Origin: the human T2T-CHM13v2.0 reference genome, Homo sapiens
Strand: one strand, 5' to 3'
Assembly: GCF_009914755.1 (NCBI RefSeq)
Contig: NC_060930.1
DNA length: 64,000 nt
The translations under genes were made by a program, and so were the position numbers. Numbering within the stretch: the stretch's first letter is position 1; each line of letters opens with the position of its first letter. Of the stretch, positions 14,708 through 29,088 are shown one piece after another. Under the pieces are notes generated by a model. That model was not told where the DNA came from, ran no database searches, and saw nothing but the letters and a program-made list of their open reading frames with translations.

Positions 14708-15271
14708 TTTTTTATCTTTTTTTTTTAATTATACTTTTAAGTTTTAGGGTACATGTGCACATTGTGCAGGTTAGTTACATATGTATACATGTGCCATGCT
14801 GGTGCGCTGCAACCACTAACTCGTCATCTAGCATTAGGTATATCTCCCAATGCTATCCCTCCCGCCTCCCTCCACCCCACAACAGTCCCCAGGGTGTGAT
14901 ATTCCCCTTCCTGTGTCCATGTGATCTCATTGTTCAATTCCCACCTATGAGTGAGAATATGCGGTGTTTGAAAAAAAAAAATTTATATGTTGAAACTTAA
15001 CCCCCATTATGATGGTATTAGGAGGTGGGGGCTTTGGGAAGTGATTAGGTCATGAGGGCAGAGCCCCCATAAATAGGATCAGTGCCCTTACAAGAGGCTA
15101 CAGAGATGAGAGTTCTTCCTTTCCACCATGGGAGGACACAGTGAGAAGGCACTGTCTATGAGGATGTAAGCCCTCACTACACACCAAATCTGCTAGTTCC
15201 TTGATCTCCGACCTCTCAAGCTCTAGAACTGCTAGAAATAAATTTCTATTTTTATAAGCTAAAAAAAAAAA
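14708..15271 (+). mobile_element. Composite L1PA2-like insertion: inverted L1 3'UTR + transduced MLT1A-type LTR fragment + poly(A)
   Basis: Perfect 15-bp TSD agaaaatactgacat at 14693-14707 and 15272-15286; antisense L1 3' end 14708-14970; A11 at 14971-14981; MLT1A0-like sequence to 15260 with AATAAA at 15237-15242; poly(A) 15261-15271. Confidence 0.88.
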
Positions 15272-18200
15272 AGAAAATACTGACATGATGATATATAAGA
15301 TGAAGAATTATCTGCTTCAATTAATTAGTCAAACAACCACTATTTTTTAGCATCTGATAAACTAATGTTAAGCAATTTTTATGTTACTTTTTCTGGTTGA
15401 ATGTTTTGGAGGCTCCCACTCCATTAACTCCTTTCTCCAAGATTTACAGGTGCTTATAATGCTATGGAGCAGATAGAAGCTGCTCTATAATCCTAACAGG
15501 GAATTGACATCTCCTGAATCTAAGACACTGAATCATGGCCTCAAATGAAATTTCATCAAGGTGGGTTTGGTTGATCTCAGAAACTACAGTGATTACACAC
15601 TATGAGGGCCTCCTAGTTGGGTGATGACAGAAAAGACTGAAATTATGGGAAAAAAATGAATGATGCCCAGCTTGCCAAAACAAATAATCACAGGGCTCTG
15701 GCACATCAAGAAGGTGAAGTAGGGGGAGGGTAGAGGGGAGTAGGGTAGGGGTGAGGTCTTTGATCTACGCAACTCAGGCTATGATCCCAAATAAATGAAA
15801 TTAAACGCCCAAAACTTAATTTTCATGACAGTGTGTAACCCTCCATAATAGCTAATCATTCAAAGAATGAAGTCCTTTGAAGTATCAAAACAGGGCAATC
15901 CTTACCACCCTCCTACCCCATCCAAGGAATAGGCCAATAAACTAAAATCAATGGTTTGGAGCTTTCTTTCATTCTGAAACATTACAACATCTTCACAGTA
16001 ATTTGAATAGGAATTAAACACTAAGATAGCAGCAGAAAAGGTAAGCTGTATCCTATCAATTCTGTATTATTTTCTGCATTGCACAGGCTCTTTCATATCA
16101 TGCTGTGATACAACTTACAAGTTTTTCAATTTTATTTTATTTTTACTGCCCTCCCCCTTTGGATTACATAAATACCAAAATGAATACATATTTTCTAGCC
16201 CTACTCTGTTTTATCCCCTTTAATACTGCAGCTAATGAGGCAAAAGGCAATCCTACCAATGCAAACACAGCAATTTGGCAACTTTTATTTCCCTAGTTCA
16301 GCCGATTTTGTTATTCTCATACACTTATATAATTGCTATTTTTCAACTATCATGTTAATATAGGTAGAAGGAAAGCTAGTTTGAATCTGAACATGGTGCT
16401 AGAGGTCACAGGAAGATTACATAACAGGACAGAGAACCTCTGCAAAGTATTTAATAGCAGAGCATTTCCAGGAGAGTTCAAAAACATAAAATTGAAACCA
16501 CAAGCCTAAAACATTTTGCAATTACTGACAAAACTGTGCCTTGTCAGATAATGCCGGGGAATAGCTCAAGCAAGTGGAGAGAGTTGCTAAAATGGCAATA
16601 AAGAGTATACCTCTTGATTCTGTAACAACTGATTTCTTGTGTTTAATTTCTTGCCGTAATGGTTTTCCTTGAAAATTTGTGGAATAGGTAGATAAGACAA
16701 AGAAAAAAATTTCAATGCTTTGTGCAAAGGACATGATAGAGATTATGGGTTCTTTTTGAAGCAAACTCTAAAAATCTTAGTTCAGAAGCTTAAATGTGGA
16801 CTGAGGGACTGTGTCCTGTTTCTCCCTGCTGGGTTCATTTAGGCTAAATCCCAGGCTGTCCTGCGTTTTAGTTGGAGACTCTCACAGTGGGGGTGATTGG
16901 ACTTTCTCTGCCCTAGGCACAACATATGCTACTTCCCATCCCTTTTATAGGCATTAGTTCTGCAGACAGCACTGGTCAAATGTACATTATTCACAATCAC
17001 TTTAATGCAAATATGCAAGGCTGAGGGAGAAAATATGTCACAAAGAGGCGGTCATCCATTTCTCTTGTTTTCTGATTTATTTCTTTATAGGTTCCCTTCT
17101 ATATGTTTGATTTTACAATTAATACAGGATACAAATAAATAAATATGTAGCATCCACTGTGAACCATAAAAAAGCTCCCCAAAAATTCCCCCAAATGCCT
17201 TTTGTGAAATGCTAGTAACTAGAACCCTATAAATTGTTTTGTTTTTATTGTTGTTCCTTTTTTTCCTTCATGACTCTGTTTTTTTTTTTTAAATTAAGTG
17301 GAATCCCTGTGTGTACTCTGACACTGTCGCATTTGTAAGAAACAGAAGAGGAATCAAAGCAAAGGGTAGAACTATATTTAATCTGTTAAATGAAAATAAA
17401 ACACACAATTAGTTTTGTACTGAAAAAATTAGCTTTTGCTGCATTTTCAACCTCTATTTAAAGAACTGTTTGATTTCTCAATAACAAGGCATCTGATCTG
17501 TGGCAGAACATTTCTAGGACAGATTTGCAAATGTATATTACACAGGCATGCATTTTAAGTTTGAGCAGAGATTATGTGGTATTTGTCTGTCTAAACCATG
17601 AAGATATAACTTACTTTGCCAGTAGTGAACCCAAGTCTTACAAAATCACCTGCCAAATATAGAAAGAAAGACTCCTGGATTTCTGATACCCTATTTCTGA
17701 GAAGTTAAACAGTTCTGTTTTGTTTTAAAGTGTATCCAATGAATTTATTTATATACAACTATTTGTCACACAAGACAACTTGACATGCTAAGCCTGGCTT
17801 TACATTAAGCACATGAAAGTTCTTCTATGTGCGGAATGAAAAACTAAAATGTAACCATCTGCATATGATATTTAGAGGTACATAAAATTGTGCCAGGGAC
17901 CCTGAGATGCCCATATGCATGAACAGCAATGTAGAATTAAAAAAAATGCAGAGTAATAGAACATTTGGAAGACATTGTACTACTTAAAATAATGCAATTA
18001 AAATGTTAAGTAAATCCTATGTTAGTCTAAGGTACAAGTGTAGCAAACATTTGCCATATGAAGGAAACAATATGCTTTTATTGTGACTCAATTCTGTTAA
18101 TTTAATGATCTATGTCAATGTGCTTAGATATCATGTAATGCACTCTTCTGTCTTTTCAAAAGCAGTCACTCTTATTCACCTTTATGTTTGCTTTCTTATT

Positions 18201-20522
18201 GTTATGCTTATGATTAACTTAGGAAGTAGGGAAAATAAAAGCCAAATAAAGTGTCAAGTCATCCTTTTTTTCTTACCATGTTGTTTTAATACAGTCTTAA
18301 CCTCAGATAATTATATTAAGAATGTTACTTTTTCCCCTTGTCCTAAAATTATCTTTTAACTAAAATAGCCAATTACCCAATAGATGGAGGAGGTCTCTTC
18401 CCACTATTGGTGCCTAGTGATTTACATGGACACTTATTAATGCTAATGGAAGATATATCCGTAAATCTCCTCACTCCAAAAGGATAATGGCCTTCTATTA
18501 GTCTCCCATAAAAGGAGAATAAGCAAAGTCTGTCTTTATAAGTGATACAGGTAGTGAATTACTTAAAGGAGATTTATAGCATATGTAATTACATAGTTTA
18601 AACCATTTTGGTAGCATTCTGTGTACATTGTTGTAAATTTTAAAAATGTCAGATATGTCTTTGAGTCTACATAAACTGCCAAAATCAATCCAGGGGACTA
18701 TTGTTATTAATTAAATACCTGTGTTTTCAGAGGCAAACACATGTAGTCGTAAAAATATATGACTTCTTGTTTCTAAGAAAAAGAATTCATAAAACCTTTT
18801 TAATTTAATTTAATTAATTTTTTTCAAAACATTATCATGTGCCTAATTTTGAAAAAAGAAGCAAAAGGGTTATTTTATTTCATTTTTAAAGATAAGTGAC
18901 ATACACATTTATTAATGTGAATGAGGGGCTGAGGTAGGGAAAATCATAGAGTAATTATCTCATCTACATGATAGGGGTACAGATAGTAATATACCAAAAA
19001 GGTTATTGTAGATTGGATGTATCCATTTTCATTAAAATTAAAAAAGAATTTTTAAAAACCTAGATTTTGAAATAAGAATGAAATGACTTCATTTAAGTAA
19101 ATAACATGGCCAGCATTAGAAATGGGATTCTGCATTATTGAGTTGTAAAAGAGGAGGAGGTGTGTGTGAAGTGTTATCCTGAAAAGTCACCTAATAGTCC
19201 CTTAATTCCTGGGCCCTAGGGAAAGTCATGGTGTTAGAGTAGTTTGCCAGACCACTCTGGTGTTACACAATGGTAACACTAACCTTTGTCAAACTGAACT
19301 AAATGAAATTTGTTTTGGCATCAACTTCCCAGGTATATACTGGATTCTCCTTTCTTTGCTGTCCTTTTGCTTCTTCAGACATGTACATCTCACCCTTCTC
19401 AAAAGTTTATTTGAAAAATGATACTTCAAATTAGTCATTTAAATCTTACTGAAAATTTATTAATGTATATACTACTTCTAGGGCTATTTGCATTTTAAAT
19501 CTCTTCTCTAGAAGTTCTCTTAGACTCCATATTAAAGGACTGAGATACATAGGCAGATTTCTTGAGATCATATTAATATGGTACTGCCAGGATTGGCTTT
19601 GGTTTACAGCCTGGCCTGAACTTTGCTTGAGAGCATAGGGACTAGGAAGGTTGGAGAGAATTTGGGAATCCTGGAAACAGGCAGAATGGTTTGTTATTTG
19701 TGGATTTACAAGTCTACGATTACATAGATGTGGTTGTCTTAGCCTGAATTTAAATGTCCATGATTGCTTCCCTTTCAATTCACATAAACCCTTGTTGTCA
19801 ATATTCAGAATTAGTGCTAGTTTCTTGATTTGGGGCCTAAAATTAAAATACACGAGATCAGATTAAGAAGTTCTATTTACTATATTCAATCTTTTATTCG
19901 TTCTTAAAAATAGGGCAATTCCCGTTATTGATTTCTTCTTGAGTACATTTTGGTACTTTGTATTTTTCATTTAATCTGAATTGTTCATTGTTTGGCCCAA
20001 AATTATTCATAATGATCATTTATTGTTATTTTAATTGTCTATAGAACATTTAGTGGTATTTTATTTCTGATATTGATAATTTATGTTTCTTCTATTTTCT
20101 TCTGGAAATATTATAAATCTGGCTAGAGATTTATAAAGTTTATTAATTTTTTTGAAGAAACTGATTTTTGGTATATCAAATTTTTTCTATTATTATCTTT
20201 TCTGTTTTTGTTTTCTCCTCTTATTTTTATCATTTTCTTCCTTCAATTATTTTAGATTTTTCTCTTTTTAAAAGATTTCTAAAGATTAATTTTGATAATC
20301 AATTTAGGTATTAACTTGAGAACACTTTTTTCCAATATAATCATTTTAAAGCTCTCAATTTCTCTCTAAGCTCTTCTTTGGCTGCATATAACAAAATTTT
20401 AAATGATGTTTTTATTTTCCTTGGCTTTAAAACATTTTCTAGTTCTTATTGTGTTTTCTTCATTGATATAATTTCTTCTTGGAAATAATGTGTTTTTTTT
20501 TCTCTGATTGCTCTTAAGTTTT

Positions 20523-21750
<1,228 letters not shown>

Positions 21751-22563
21751 TAAGTTTTCTATTTGTCACTGATGTTCAGCAAATTGAACACAAAAGTCTT
21801 GGTGTGGTTTCCTTTTTGTTTATTCTGCTTGAGGTTTGTTGAAATTAGATTTATGGGTTTATAGATTTGGAAAATTTGGAAAATTATATATATTTTTGTC
21901 TCTTCTCTGTCCTCTTTTTTTGGAACCCTAAATTACTTGTATGTTAGAAAACTGGTTGTCATGCTATAGGTCACTCATACTCTGTTCAGGTTTTCCAATT
22001 CTTCCAGTCTTTCATTTACTGTTTTTGACTCTTTATTTTTTGTCTTTGACATTTCTAGTTCTATATTTTCAAGTTCATCGATTTATACTTCTGCAGTGTT
22101 TAATCAGCTGATGATTTCTTCCAGTGTATTTTTCCCTTCAGAGATTGTATTCTTCAGTTCTTTAAGTGCCATTGGGTTTTTAAAAAATATTTTGCATTAC
22201 TCTTTATACTTAATACTTTTTGGAACTTTTTAAAAACATATATATTTTAGAATATATATACACATGTGTAACATAATTATATATATGTATATTAGTTGTT
22301 GTAACATCTTTTCCTGATAATTCTACTATCTGTGTAGTCTCTAAGTCTATTTCTTTTAATTGATTATTCTCTAATTTATGTTTCATCTTTTCCTGCTCCT
22401 TTGTTTGCTAATTTTTGATTGGATATTGTATATTGTGCATTTCATATTTGTGGGTACTGTAATTTTTTGTATTACTTTAAATAAAGTTGGACTTTTTTCT
22501 GGCATGTTGCTGTATTACTTGGAAATGGTTCATTCTGTTTGAGGTTGGCTTTTACATTTTATT

Positions 22564-22870
22564 TATTTTTATTTTTTATTTTTTTGAGACAGAGTTTCAC
22601 TCTTGTCACCTAGGCTAGAGTGCAGTGGTGTGAACTCAGCTCACTGCAACCTTCGGTTTCCGAGTTCAAGCTATTCTCCTGCCTCAGCCTCCTGAGTAGC
22701 TTGGATTACAGGTGCGTGCCACCACACCCAGCTAATTTTTGTGTTTTTAGTAGAGACAGGGTTTCATCATGTTGTCCAGGGTGGTCTCGAATGCCTGACC
22801 TCAGGTGATCCACCTGCCTCAGGCTCCCAAAGTGCTGGGATTACAGGTGTTGAGCCACCATGCCCAGCCA
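22564..22870 (-). mobile_element. AluSx-like with 16-bp TSD
   Basis: Full Alu; TSD gcttttacattttatt at 22548-22563 and 22871-22886. Confidence 0.95.
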
Positions 22871-23139
22871 GCTTTTACATTTTATTAAGGTGGGTCTAGA
22901 AGAGCTTTTACTATAAGGTTAATATAGTTCTACTACTAAGATGATACCCCTCTGAGGATTCTAATCAATGGTGCATGATTTAGGAAATTTTATCTGGTGG
23001 AAATATCAACATTTTTCAGTCCTACATCGGCTCCAAGAATATGCACAGCATTCTATTTTCTAGTGGTTTGATTCCTGGCTTCTCATACATGCATAGATTG
23101 GTACACAGCCAAATACTGGAGCAGACCTCTATAGATTTC

Positions 23140-23262
23140 CAGATTTGGGCTTCTGGCCTCCAGAATTGTAAAAGAAAAAAATTGGTAAAAAAAAAAATTG
23201 TGTTGGTATAAACCATCAAATATGTGATAGTTTGTTACAGCAGCCATAGGAAACTCATATAA
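23140..23262 (+). mobile_element. MLT1 LTR 3' fragment
   Basis: 'ggcttctggcctccagaattgtaaaag...gtttgttacagcagccataggaaactcatata'. Confidence 0.7.
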
Positions 23263-23644
23263 ATTTTATAATTATAGCTCTTACACTTATGCCTATCATC
23301 TATTTTGAGTTCTTTTTTATATTTTGTATGAAAGGGGTACAATTTTAATCTTTTGTCTGTGAATATTCAGTGTTCCAACACCAATTGTTGTGAAGACATT
23401 TCTTTCCTCATTAAATTGGGGAAATCAACCTTGTTGAAAATCAATTAGCTGTACATGTTAAGAATGTGTTTCTGAGCTCTCAATTCTATTTAATTGATCA
23501 ATATATTTACTGTTAGGCCAATACTACATTGATTTGATTACTGTAGCAGTGTACTAAATTTTGAAATTGGGAAGTGTGAATTTTCCAACTTTGTTTTTCT
23601 TTTTCAAGACTATTTTTTTTTCAAATTTAGTTTTTTTATTAAAG

Positions 23645-24051
23645 TCTTTCTTTCTTTCTTTCTTTCTTTTCTTTCTTTCTCTCTCTTTCTCTCTCTTTAT
23701 TCCTTCCTTCCTTCCTTCCTTCCTTCCTTCCTTTCTTCCTTCCTTCCTTCCTTTCTTTCTTTTCTTTTCTTTCCTGCTGTTATCACCCAGGCTGGAGTGC
23801 AATGCTATAATCTGTAATCTCGGCTCACTGCACCTCCACCTCCTGGGCTCAAGCAATTCTCCTGCCTCAACCTCCCAAGTAGCTGGGATCACAGGTGCAC
23901 ACCACCATGCCCAGCTAATTTTTGTATTTTTAGTAGATATGGGGTTTCACCATGTTGGCCAGACTGGCCTCGAACTCCTGACCTCAAGTGATCCACCTGC
24001 CTTGGCCTCCCGAAGGGCTGAGATTACAGACATGAGCCTCTGCGCCCAGCC
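23645..24051 (-). mobile_element. AluS with tail expanded into a (TTTC/TTCC)n microsatellite
   Basis: Alu body ~23775-24051; tail 23645-23772 includes (TTCC)8 at 23700-23731 and (TTCC)4 at 23736-23751. Confidence 0.93.
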
Positions 24052-24054
24052 CTT

Positions 24055-25004
24055 TTAAAAAAAGTTAATTAAAATTATTTTTCCTTTTAGAAACAAGTTT
24101 ACCAAGAAACCAGCTCCCCTCCCACCACACTGGGGAGGCTGCAGTCATCTTTCTTTAAACTGCTCTGATTTTCCCTCACACCCCAAACAGGATCTCCTCA
24201 GGATGGTCTCAGAAAGCTGGAGTCTCTCCATGCCTGGCCATACAGCCTGCTGGTGGTGAAGGCCTCTCTGCCACATTGGAGGTTTCTGATTGTGGGACAC
24301 AGTCTGGTTTTTTGTTTTCTTCCTGTCTTCTAATTTAAAAGACATCCCTGGGTGACAGGTACAGTGCAGGAGTGTGAGCTGTTGAAAGAACCTGGTGAAG
24401 TCTTGCAAGGTCCAGCAAATTGCTTACGTTCCTCAGCACCAGTTACTTGCATGTGGAAGTCTGTAAGTTGTTTGTGTGTCACTGTGCTGGGCTCCCATGG
24501 TTGTCTCCTTTGGCAGTCCTTTCAAGGAATTCTCTAACCATTGACAAAAAAAAATTGGACTTTCAACCTGCATGACCTCCTAGAGCACTTTAGCCACATT
24601 GGGTAGGGTATGTTGGGGAGGAGACAAAAGCAGCATGTGTGGAGCAACTGGCTGACAAGTTACTGTCTAAGCTGGTTCATCACCTGCCCAATCAGTTCTT
24701 TCTGTAAATCAAAGTCTTCCCCATGGTCATTGGCTACCCCTGTATGGATGAGGTCTGGTGGGAAACTCATGACACTACAGTTGGCATCCCAGTGGTCCAG
24801 GGTAGTAGAGGCAATGGCCCACTGTGATATAAGGATGATTACTTGGCTCTTCAGCAAGATGACAGGGCTACACTAAATAAACCTGGTAGCTATCCAGGCT
24901 GAACATGTCATCTACAGTGTCAGGGTGACTCTGGAGACCATTCTGCTGTTCTAGGAGCTGAAAGGTGGGGATGCATAGTGCCTGGACATGTCTAGTAGTT
25001 CCTG
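24055..25004 (-). pseudogene. Processed pseudogene of transportin-3 (TNPO3): C-terminal ~200 codons plus part of the 3'UTR, 5'-truncated and disabled
   Basis: Minus strand translates to [87 protein letters not shown] and DFTRFF, matching the TNPO3 C-terminus as recalled; no introns; several stops and frameshifts. Confidence 0.9.
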
Positions 25005-25729
25005 TGTTTTGGCTATTTTGGGCCCCTGCATTTCCACATGAATTTTATGATCAAACTGTCAATTGATGCAAAAAGGTAACTGGGATTTTGACAGGAATTG
25101 TGTTAAATCTGTAGATCGATTTGGGAGTATTACCATTTTAATATTAAATTTTTCAATCCATGGACTTGAAATGACTTTCCATTTACTAATTTACTAATAT
25201 ATTTTAAATTTTCTTTTTATGAAATGTTTGCAGCTTTCAGTGTATAATCCTTGCACTCTTTTTCTTAAATTTATTTCTAAGTATTTTATTCTTTTTAATA
25301 CTCTTCTAAATAAAATTGTTTTCTTAATTTCACTTTTGGATTGCTTATCACTAGTGTATAGAAATTCAATTTATTATTATGTGTTTATCTTGTGTCCTGA
25401 AGTCTTTCTGAACTTGTTTATTAGGTGTTGTACATTTTAGTGGATTTCTCAGGATTTTGTATGAACAAGATCATCCATTTGTACATAGAGATAGTTTTAC
25501 TTCTTACCTTCCAATCTGGATATTGTTTATTTCATTTTCTTAACTATTTGCCTTGATCAAAACCTCTAGTACAATGTTGAATAGAAATGGTAACAGCAGA
25601 CATCCTTGTTTTGCTCCTGATGTCAGGGAAAACACATTCACTGTTTCAACTTTATGTATGATTATAGATGTAGATTCTCATAAATGGCGATTTATATCAT
25701 GTATGTTTTAAATTAATAATTTTCTTTTT

Positions 25730-26750
25730 TAAAAAAACTGCCGCTTTAGGTTTTCAGAAAAATTGAGTAGAAAGTAAGAGTTTTAATGTTATCTTTCCCT
25801 CTCAGTTTCCTTTATTAACATCTTGTGTTGGTGTTGTACATTCGTTAAATTGATGAATGATGAATCAATATTGATATCTTCTAAGTGAAATCCATAGTTT
25901 ACATGGAGGTTCAAATTTTGTGTTATATTATGGGATTGAGGAATGCACAATGTCATGTATCCACTATTACAGCATCATCCACACCGCCCTAACAACAATG
26001 GGTATTTTAACTGTTTCTTTCGTGTTTTTTTTTTTTTCTACAGTGTTATATACTTGACATTATATAGTTTGTAGCCTTTTTAGACTGGCTTCTTTTACTT
26101 ACCAATATGTTTGTAAGTTTCCTTTATGTCTTTGCTTGATAGCTCATTTTTAAAAATCACTGCACAGTATTCCATTGTATAGATGCAACACAATTTGCTT
26201 ATTCATTAACATATTGAAGGACTTCTTACAAGATTTCGCAATTATGAATAAAGCTGCTGTAAACACTGATTTGCAAGCCTTCTTTGGACATTTTTTCAAC
26301 TCATTGGGTAAAAATGTGATTGCTGGATTGTATGTTTAGTTTCATAAGAAACTGACAAATTGCCTTCCAAAGTGACTGTACCATTTCACATTACCACCAG
26401 CAATGAATAAGAGCTCCTTCATTCCACATCCTCATCATAAATAGCATTATCAGTGTTTTGGATTTTGGCTTTTCTAAAAGGTATGTAGTGCTACTCATTG
26501 TTATTTTAATTCATAATTCCCTGATGACACATGATGTCGAACTTCTTTTTATGGGCTCATCTGCCATGTGTATATCTTTCATAAGTTGTCCACTTCAGAA
26601 ATTTGCCCATTTTAAAATTGGCTTGTTTTCATATTGGGATTTAAAAGTTTTATTTTAAATATGTTTTAGATACAACTCTTTTATCAGATACATGTTGTGC
26701 AAATAGATCCTCTCAGTCTGTAGCCTCTGTTTCCATTTGCTTTTTACTTA
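25730..26750 (-). mobile_element. L1MC/L1MD-type 3' end
   Basis: 'ggttttcagaaaaattgagtagaaagt...tccatagtttacat...' followed by L1 ORF2 C-terminal antisense text. Confidence 0.65.
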
Positions 26751-26939
26751 ACTTTTCAGGGCCTTAGTTTTCTCATTGGAAAAAAAAAGTATAATAATAG
26801 AATCCCACAGGATTATATTGAAGTTTATATCAATTAAGATTCAATTCTTTAAAACCACTTTGGGTATTTTAAAACAGTGAGATATTTAATACAGGTTAAT
26901 TATGTGCTTATGAAATTGTGGGAAGAGCTAAAGAACAAG

Positions 26940-27480
26940 CACTAGGCTGGACTGCGAGGGTATCCTCTGAAAACAAAACTATTCAATTGGTTTCCCAAGA
27001 GAGTTGCTGCCTCTGCCACACACAAGAATGTGGGAGTCAAGAGGCTGCCACTAGAACCATGTGTCAATAGCTCACTAAAATTTAGGATATGGGAGCTTGT
27101 CATAGCCTCTGTTACCACCGCTTCCACTGCTACATCTATAACTGCTTAAGGATTGGGAAACTGAGCCCAGGTGCTATTTCTCCAATTCCTTTTCAATATC
27201 TATAAAGCTGTGGGCATTGGCTTCTTCATAGTCTTGCTTGTCATCAGAAAATATGCTGAAAGCCACAGGTATGTGATCTCCATTTACTTCTGCTTTCCAG
27301 ATTTCAGGGAGTGCTTTTAATTGGGGAAACCTACTTTGTAAACCTAATGTGTTTTGTTAGTTGCAAAGAAATTCTGGGAATATACTTTTAAACTTTCCAG
27401 TGTTTGTAATAAAATGAGAAACAATAGAAGAAGGTGGGAAAAAGTGCTGAGTGCCAGTATATACATACCATATCTAGCTC
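26940..27480. mobile_element. Probable old ERVL/MaLR LTR
   Basis: Composition and 'gagtgcttttaattggggaaacct...ttgcaaagaaattctgggaa' resemble old MaLR/ERVL LTRs; family not assignable by eye. Confidence 0.35.
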
Positions 27481-28104
27481 AACAATTAAATGAGGTATGT
27501 TATCCTTGAGGCACTCAATCAATTTTCATGATTACTAATTTTTGCTCATTTTGTGACCCATGAAATAAGTCATGAATTTTCCTACTACCATAAATTAAAA
27601 ATCTAAAATTCTTGATGTCAGATACCAGGACCACATCTTTAAATGTTCCACAATTCCTTCAAGAAGGTGTATAATGTCTCTTTCATAATGTCCCCAACAG
27701 AGTAAGATTTGGTTTGATGCTATTGTAGAATAGCTACTTCCTCCTCATGTTGTCATTTTTTGCTAACTTGTTCACCTTTGGAATTGTCTGAATTTGGTTC
27801 CTATCACTCCATTTTCTCAATTTTGAATTCTGAAATCCTTTTCACTCAGTTGTTTTTTTAAAAAAAATCCTGACCTTAATTCTAGATCTTCACTTTGCTT
27901 CTTTCCTCTTTCTTACAGGCCAGAATCTGACTTTTTCCTCTGCTTTTCTGGTATTGATTTATGATCTGATCCTGGTTTGGGTATTCCTATTGCATATCTG
28001 TGATCCACCTTTACCACCACAGTATGGCAACGCTTTAATCCTTTTGTGTTTATGTAGACAAGTTTCTATTTCTAGATGCAACATATTGGAAATTTTGAGG
28101 CCAA

Positions 28105-28518
<414 letters not shown>

Positions 28519-29088
28519 TAAGATATTTAATTGACAACTGTTTGACTTATACATATTTGAACCATCAGTATGCTTGGAAATGGCCATTTAGGAGTCTATA
28601 AACCTCCAGCATGTTATTTTTCTTAGAAGCAGATTACTCTAAGTGAATTAATTTATCTTTCCATGTTCAAAGTTTGGTTTCAAAACTTGACACTTTGAAT
28701 ATAGGAAAGGTTTTGTTTGATTTTGGGAATTTTGCCACCTCTCATATCTAATTTAAGAAAAAGACAGCATTTTTTTTTATTTTAGCTATACATATTTACA
28801 AGTTTCAAAACAAATGATGGTTGTGGGAAAGCCAACAGTCAGTAAACATACGAATAATGCATTTTTAAAATATTTTGTCCTCTTCTCCTGATCTTTAGAA
28901 TGTTTGCTTCTGTATTTCGGATTAATATTTACTTTGTTTTAATTCACTTATTTTAATAGGAACCTTTTTACTGAAATAGAAACTCCATAGGATTTCTGAA
29001 TTTGGAAACTGAGAAATAGATAACAGTGTTAGCCACTTTCTACAGGTGATTTCATTTTAGCTGTTGCAGGACAAGAGGCAATAATACA

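Larger units (their letters stand above)
23270..25700 (-). mobile_element. L1M ORF2 remnant hosting the TNPO3 retrocopy and an Alu
   Basis: L1 antisense text 'ttttcaagact' (~23605) resumes as 'gttttggctattttgggcccctgcatttccacatgaatttt' at ~25006. Confidence 0.7.

Noticed and set aside
14978-15260. Independent ancient MLT1A solo LTR
   Set aside because: It lacks both LTR termini, ends in poly(A) 18 nt after AATAAA, and shares one TSD with the adjacent L1 piece.
27895-27925. Isolated strong splice acceptors (27919, 33577, 51848, 53698)
   Set aside because: No paired donor or open frame can be supported by eye, so no exon is called.
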